Source: Candidatus Latescibacterota bacterium
GTDB lineage: Bacteria; Latescibacterota; UBA2968; UBA8231
DNA: 64,000 nucleotides
Direction of reading: 5' to 3'
Assembly (NCBI GenBank): GCA_965200315.1
Contig: OZ241362.1
Span: forward strand, 4,960,001-5,024,000
The notes under the pieces were generated by a model. The model was not told where the DNA came from. It saw only the letters and a list, made by a program, of their open reading frames with translations, and searched no databases. Shown here piece by piece: positions 59,298 through 64,000 of this stretch; position 1 is the first letter of the stretch, and each line of letters opens with the position of its first letter. The position numbers and the translations under genes are program-made.

Positions 59298-59355
59298 GCA
59301 CCCTTCGACAGGCTCAGGGTGCGGTGGTTGTTTTGGTTCGTTGAGCTTGTCGAAA
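59298..59355. repeat. REP-like palindromic doublet (CTTCGACAGGCTCAG family)
   Basis: cccttcgacaggctcagggt followed by the inverted tgagcttgtcgaa. Confidence 0.7.
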
Positions 59356-59439
59356 GTTATCAAGAAATTACACCCAGTACGGTGAACCTGCACAATAACC
59401 ATTTGTGCGTCTTACCGGCTGGCCGGACTCAAACCATTC

Positions 59440-60684
59440 ATGCCCTATCGGTTGCTCAAATACGGCCTCGAGAAGGATTACTCCGAGCCGCGCATGTTCC
59501 GCTCGCCCGAGCGGTTGCGCGACCGCTATGAAGTAGTGATCATCGGCGGCGGCGGGCACGGGCTGGCCGCGGCGCACTATCTCGCCCAAGAGCACGGTAT
59601 CAGCGACATCGCCGTCCTAGAGCAACGCTACATCGGGCACGGCGGCACCGGCCGCAACACGGCCATCATCCGCTCGAATTACCTGACGGAAGAGGGCGCG
59701 CGTTTTTACCAATTCAGCGTGGATCTGTACCGCGACTTGTCGCGGAAGCTCGACTACAACCTGTTCTACTCAGAGCGCGGTCATTTCACGCTGGCGCATT
59801 CACCAGCGTCGCTGCGGACGCAGCGCTGGCGCGCCGAGGTCAACAAGCACCTCGGCATCAGCTCCGAGGTCGTCGGCCCGGAGTTCATCAAGAAAACCAT
59901 CCCCGAGATCGACCTGAGCTGCGGTGGGCACCAGCCGCCCATCGTCGGCGCACTCTACCACCCGCCGGGGGCCATCGCCCGCCACGACGCGGTGGCGTGG
60001 GCCTATGCGCGCGGGGCCGACAGCCAAGGCGTTGAAATCCACCAGCAGACCTGCGTCACCGACATTGAAGTAGAGGACGGCCGGGTCGCGGGCGTCCACA
60101 CGGATCGTGGTTTTATCCAGGCTCGCAAGGTGCTCAGCGCGGTGGCGGGCTGGACGCCGCAGGTACAGAGGATGGTCGGCTTGCGCTCGCCGCTGGTGGT
60201 GCATCCGCTGCAGGCGTTTGTCACCGAGCCGTTCAAGCCGTGGCTCGACGCGATTGTCGTATCGGCCAGCTTGCACACGTACGTCAGCCAATCCTCACGC
60301 GGCGAGTTGGTGGCCGGTGCCTCTTTGGACCCCTACGAGCTAACGTCCATGCGCTCGACGCTCGACTTTGCCGAGGGCTTGGCCGGCCACATGCTCGACC
60401 TCTTTCCCTGCTTGGGCGACGTCAAGGTGCTGCGTCAGTGGGCCGGGTTGTGCGACATGACCCCGGACTTTTCGCCGCTCATGGGCACGACGCCGATTGC
60501 GGGCTTTTACATTGACGCGGGTTGGGGCACTTGGGGCTTTAAGGCCACGCCGGTCTGCGGCTACACCATGGCCCACACCATGGCCCACGACGAGGATCAT
60601 CCGCTGATCCGCGCCTTTAATCTGTCGCGCTTTGGTGCGTTTGAGTTGGTCGGGGAGAAGGGAGCGGCGTCCGTTGGGCACTGA
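59440..60684 (+). CDS. mgdA: Sarcosine oxidase beta-like FAD subunit, N-methylglutamate dehydrogenase subunit A
   Basis: IIGGGGHGLA, GRNTAIIRSNY, ARHDAVAW, GWGTWGFKATP, EKGAASVGH. Confidence 0.85.
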   Translation: MPYRLLKYGLEKDYSEPRMFRSPERLRDRYEVVIIGGGGHGLAAAHYLAQEHGISDIAVLEQRYIGHGGTGRNTAIIRSNYLTEEGARFYQFSVDLYRDLSRKLDYNLFYSERGHFTLAHSPASLRTQRWRAEVNKHLGISSEVVGPEFIKKTIPEIDLSCGGHQPPIVGALYHPPGAIARHDAVAWAYARGADSQGVEIHQQTCVTDIEVEDGRVAGVHTDRGFIQARKVLSAVAGWTPQVQRMVGLRSPLVVHPLQAFVTEPFKPWLDAIVVSASLHTYVSQSSRGELVAGASLDPYELTSMRSTLDFAEGLAGHMLDLFPCLGDVKVLRQWAGLCDMTPDFSPLMGTTPIAGFYIDAGWGTWGFKATPVCGYTMAHTMAHDEDHPLIRAFNLSRFGAFELVGEKGAASVGH

Positions 60685-60895
60685 ACGGATGTTACGCAGC
60701 CTTGCGTTCGCTTGGTCCGGTCATGCCTGCAAAAGCAGGCTCCCGATGAACTTCTTCACGTAGTGAGCAGCCAACGCCCTTTGCCGACCCCTTGCTGCCC
60801 ACCGCATCGTGCGCTCGCGGTGAAGCCAGCTTTCGCGGGAATGACAATGGGAAGGCAGGAAGCCACAGACAATAACGGATGCGTAACATCAGTTC
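60683..60895. mobile_element. MITE-like element with 16 bp terminal inverted repeats enclosing a REP doublet
   Basis: Outer repeats gaacggatgttacgca / tgcgtaacatcagttc match at 15/16. Inner repeats are gtcatgcctgcaaaagcaggc (60720) and gccagctttcgcgggaatgac (ends 60845). Confidence 0.6.
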
Positions 60896-60904
60896 CTGAT
60901 TCTA

Positions 60905-61168
60905 ATGAAAATCCTCACCTGTCCAATCAACGGCCCGCGTCCGCTCTCGGAATTCGTCTTCGGCGGCGAGGTGCGCTTCATGCCCGATCCCAAGAAAGCA
61001 AGCGATGCTGTTTGGGCCGACTACGTGTTCAACCGCTGCGGCGAGCCGGGCATCCAGCGCGAGTGGTGGTACCACAGCGCTAGCAGCACTTGGTTTATCG
61101 CCGAGCGCGACACAGCCCGCGACGAGATCGTCCGCACCTATTTGTGGGGCGAGGAGGACCAAACGTGA
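60905..61168 (+). CDS. mgdB: Sarcosine oxidase delta-like, N-methylglutamate dehydrogenase subunit B
   Basis: MKILTCPINGPRPLSEFVFGG, EWWYH, WFIAERDT. Confidence 0.85.
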   Translation: MKILTCPINGPRPLSEFVFGGEVRFMPDPKKASDAVWADYVFNRCGEPGIQREWWYHSASSTWFIAERDTARDEIVRTYLWGEEDQT

Positions 61169-64000
61169 AGCGCCGCCTGTCCGCACAGCCCGGGGAGTGG
61201 ATCGACCGGACGCAGCCCATTGAATTCCGCTTTGAAGGCGAGGCGTTCAGCGGCTTTGCCGGCGATTGTGTAGCCAGTGCGCTCTTGGCCAATGGCGTGC
61301 AGATGATGGGGCGCAGCTTCAAGTACCACCGGCCGCGCGGGGTGTACAGCTTGGCCGGCCACGACGCCAATGCGCTGTTTACAGACGGCGAGCGCACGCA
61401 TCTGCGCGGCGCTAGCGAGCCGTTGGTTGCGGGCATGGATCTGCGGGCCGTCAACACTATAGGTGGGTTGAAACGCGATCTGTTCAAGTGGCTGGGGCCT
61501 TTGGGCCGCTTCATGCCGGTGGGTTTTTACTACAAGACATTCCATCGCCCCCGGTGGCTTTTCCCTTTCCACGAGCGGATCATTCGCCAAATAGCGGGCT
61601 TGGGTCAGATCAACCGCGACCTGCCAGCCCCGGCTAGCCCGAAGGAATACGCTTGGTGCGACGTGCTGGTCGTAGGCGGCGGCGCGGCCGGACTGGAGGC
61701 GGCAAGGGCGGCGGGAGAAGCTGGTGCTAGGGTCCTATTGGTCGAGGAACAGGCGCGTTTGGGGGGGAGTTGGGCGTGGCAGCACGGCGGGAACTGCGAC
61801 GAGCTGATCGAGGTGCTCGCTGGCCTGCCCGAGGTCGATATTCGCTGCGGAACGGTGGCCAGCGGCCACTACGCCGACGGATGGGTCGCCCTGTTCGACG
61901 CGGTGCGGATGACCAAGGTGCGCGCCGCGGCTGTCGTCTATGCCAACGGCGCGATCGAACAGCCGGCCGTCTTTGGGCACAACGACCTGCCGGGCGTGCT
62001 GCTTGGGTCGGCCGCTCAGCGGTTGGTGAAGTTGTACGCGGTCAAACCCTGCGACCGCATGGTGGTGCTAGCGGCTAATAGCGATGCGTACGGCGTGGCG
62101 CTGGACATGCTCGACTCGGGGGTCGAGGTGGCGGCTATTGCCGATTTGCGCCCCGACGTGGCACCGCTAGACCTAGCGGAAAAGATCGCCGCGGCCGGGG
62201 TGCCGATCCACAGCGGCTGCGCCGTCTATGCGGCCGTGCCGAATAGACGGAAGAATGGCCTGCGCGGTGCCGTGGTGGCACCGTTGGCCACAGACGGCAC
62301 CATAGATGCCCAACGCGGCACCGAGATCGCCTGCGACGGCCTTGTCGCGTCGGTCGGCTGGATGCCCAACGCCGCGCTGCCCAGCCAAGCCGGGGTGCAA
62401 TTCGCCTACGACGAGGCGCTGGAGCAGCTCGTGCCGCGTTCGCTTCCAGACGGGGTCTTTGTCGCCGGGCGCGTACGCGGGGCGTACTCTCTAGACGCGC
62501 AGCGGGAAGACGGGCGGGTCGCCGGGCTTAGGGCCGCGCACTACGCTGGGCACGGCGACGCCGAAGGGCCCGCGCCCCCATCGCTTGGGAGAGAAGCTCC
62601 CAGCCACAGCTATCCGATTTTCGCCCATCCAAGCAAAAAGAACTTCGTGGATTTCGACGAGGATTTGCACTTGGCGGATTTCGTCCACGCGCACCAAGAA
62701 GGCTACGACAGCGTCGAGCTGCTCAAGCGCTACAGCACCGTGGGGATGGGGCCGAGCCAAGGCAAGCTGTCCAACATGAACGCGATGCGGATCTTGGCCA
62801 AGCTCAACGGCGACACCATCGCAGCGACCGGTTCGACGACCGCCCGTCCCTTCTACCAACCGGTGCCGTTGGGGCATTTGGCTGGTCGGCGCTTTCACCC
62901 GATGCGCCGGACGCCGATCCACGCTTGGCATTGCGAGCACGGCGCGGTTTTTGCCCACGCCGGCGACTGGTATCGGCCCGAGTACTATGCCTGCGGCGAC
63001 GCCAGCCGCGATGAGTGCATTGTGCAGGAGGCACAGCAGGTGCGGTCCGGTCTGGGGATTATTGACGTGAGCACGTTGGGCAAATTGCAGGTCAGCGGCC
63101 CAGACGCGGGCGAGCTACTCGAACGCCTCTATACGGGTCGCTTCAAGAAGCTGCCGTTCGGTCGCTGCCGCTACGGAGTCGCCCTCGACGAAAGCGGGGT
63201 GGTGATCGAGGATGGGGTGATTGCTCGGCTGAGCGAGGACCGCTTCTACGCGACCACGACCAGTAGCGGCGCGGCGGCCTTTTACCGCGAGATGCTGCGC
63301 TGGGCCACGATTTGGGGTTTGGACGTAACCTTGAGCAATGTCACGGGGCAACTGGCGGCGTTCAACTTAGCTGGTCCAGCCAGCCGCGACGCGCTGGCAG
63401 CGTTGACGGACATTGATCTGAGGTCGGGGCCTTTCTCCTATCTGCGGATGCGCGAGGGCGAGGTGGCCGGGGTGCGGGCAATGGTGATGCGGGTGGGCTT
63501 TGTCGGCGAACTGGGATACGAGATCCACGTACCGGCTTGGGAGGGGGAACACGTGTGGCGGGCGTTGGCGGCGGCCGGTGCGCGCCCCTTTGGGGTGGAG
63601 GCGCAGCGCCTGTTGCGCTTGGAAAAAGGGCACCTGATCGTCGGCCACGACACGGACGCGCTGACCTATCCCCAAGAGGCGGGGTTGGCGTGGGCCATTG
63701 GCAAGAACAAGTGCTTCTTCGTCGGCCAGCGCAGCGTGCAAATCCACGCCGCACGCCCCGTACGCCGTGCGCTCGTCGGTGTGCGGTGGCCCGCTGATTT
63801 TGCCGGCCAGCTACCCGAGGAATGCAACTTGATCATGCGGGAGGGATGGATCGCCGGCCGCCTAACGAGCATTGCCCCGGTCTCGACGCTCGGTTATCCG
63901 CTGGGCTTGGCCTTTGTCGAAGCGGATATGGCCGCGCCCGGTACGCGGGTGGAAGTGCGCTTGGACGATGGTTCGACGAGCGTGGCTGAGGTAGCCGCGT
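61165..64000 (+). CDS. mgdC: Sarcosine oxidase alpha-like, N-methylglutamate dehydrogenase subunit C (3' end outside the window)
   Basis: GTG start overlapping mgdB. GEWIDR, ASALLANG, RSFKYHRPRG, KRYSTVGMGPSQGK, DVSTLGK, GELGYEIH, LRLEKGH. The window end is in the same frame as the start. Confidence 0.88.
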   Translation, partial: MKRRLSAQPGEWIDRTQPIEFRFEGEAFSGFAGDCVASALLANGVQMMGRSFKYHRPRGVYSLAGHDANALFTDGERTHLRGASEPLVAGMDLRAVNTIGGLKRDLFKWLGPLGRFMPVGFYYKTFHRPRWLFPFHERIIRQIAGLGQINRDLPAPASPKEYAWCDVLVVGGGAAGLEAARAAGEAGARVLLVEEQARLGGSWAWQHGGNCDELIEVLAGLPEVDIRCGTVASGHYADGWVALFDAVRMTKVRAAAVVYANGAIEQPAVFGHNDLPGVLLGSAAQRLVKLYAVKPCDRMVVLAANSDAYGVALDMLDSGVEVAAIADLRPDVAPLDLAEKIAAAGVPIHSGCAVYAAVPNRRKNGLRGAVVAPLATDGTIDAQRGTEIACDGLVASVGWMPNAALPSQAGVQFAYDEALEQLVPRSLPDGVFVAGRVRGAYSLDAQREDGRVAGLRAAHYAGHGDAEGPAPPSLGREAPSHSYPIFAHPSKKNFVDFDEDLHLADFVHAHQEGYDSVELLKRYSTVGMGPSQGKLSNMNAMRILAKLNGDTIAATGSTTARPFYQPVPLGHLAGRRFHPMRRTPIHAWHCEHGAVFAHAGDWYRPEYYACGDASRDECIVQEAQQVRSGLGIIDVSTLGKLQVSGPDAGELLERLYTGRFKKLPFGRCRYGVALDESGVVIEDGVIARLSEDRFYATTTSSGAAAFYREMLRWATIWGLDVTLSNVTGQLAAFNLAGPASRDALAALTDIDLRSGPFSYLRMREGEVAGVRAMVMRVGFVGELGYEIHVPAWEGEHVWRALAAAGARPFGVEAQRLLRLEKGHLIVGHDTDALTYPQEAGLAWAIGKNKCFFVGQRSVQIHAARPVRRALVGVRWPADFAGQLPEECNLIMREGWIAGRLTSIAPVSTLGYPLGLAFVEADMAAPGTRVEVRLDDGSTSVAEVAA

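Overview
GC-rich bacterial chromosomal segment. Its gene repertoire (PorV/PorQ-like protein, FlgD/T9SS-like modules, three PhyH dioxygenases, enolase-superfamily and SDR pairs) resembles Ca. Latescibacterota/Gemmatimonadota-type lineages; this taxonomy is inference. From left to right it holds: (1) a secreted protein, cut by the window edge, with at least 7 tandem lamin-tail-like domains and a sigma-54-type promoter; (2) a minus-strand housekeeping block (gatA, tatA, pssA, HtrA protease, truA, ecfT, NMT1/THI5-type ABC transporter, xerD, uvrC, rlmI); (3) a small metabolic island bounded by truncated genes; (4) an ndk-yceD-rpmF-fabHDG-acpP-fabF-rnc operon continuing to nadK; (5) a low-GC island (EcsC-like, PIN-like fusion, PD-(D/E)XK nuclease) that is a candidate uncharacterised defence or toxin module; (6) a BCCT transporter and TonB-dependent receptor; (7) an N-methylglutamate (methylamine) pathway cluster, mgsABC-gmaS-mgdABC, split by a KpnI-like restriction-modification cassette and carrying REP/MITE insertions. 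Several single-base homopolymer frameshifts may be assembly errors. I saw no rRNA, tRNA or CRISPR array. All family assignments come from motif recognition, not database searches.
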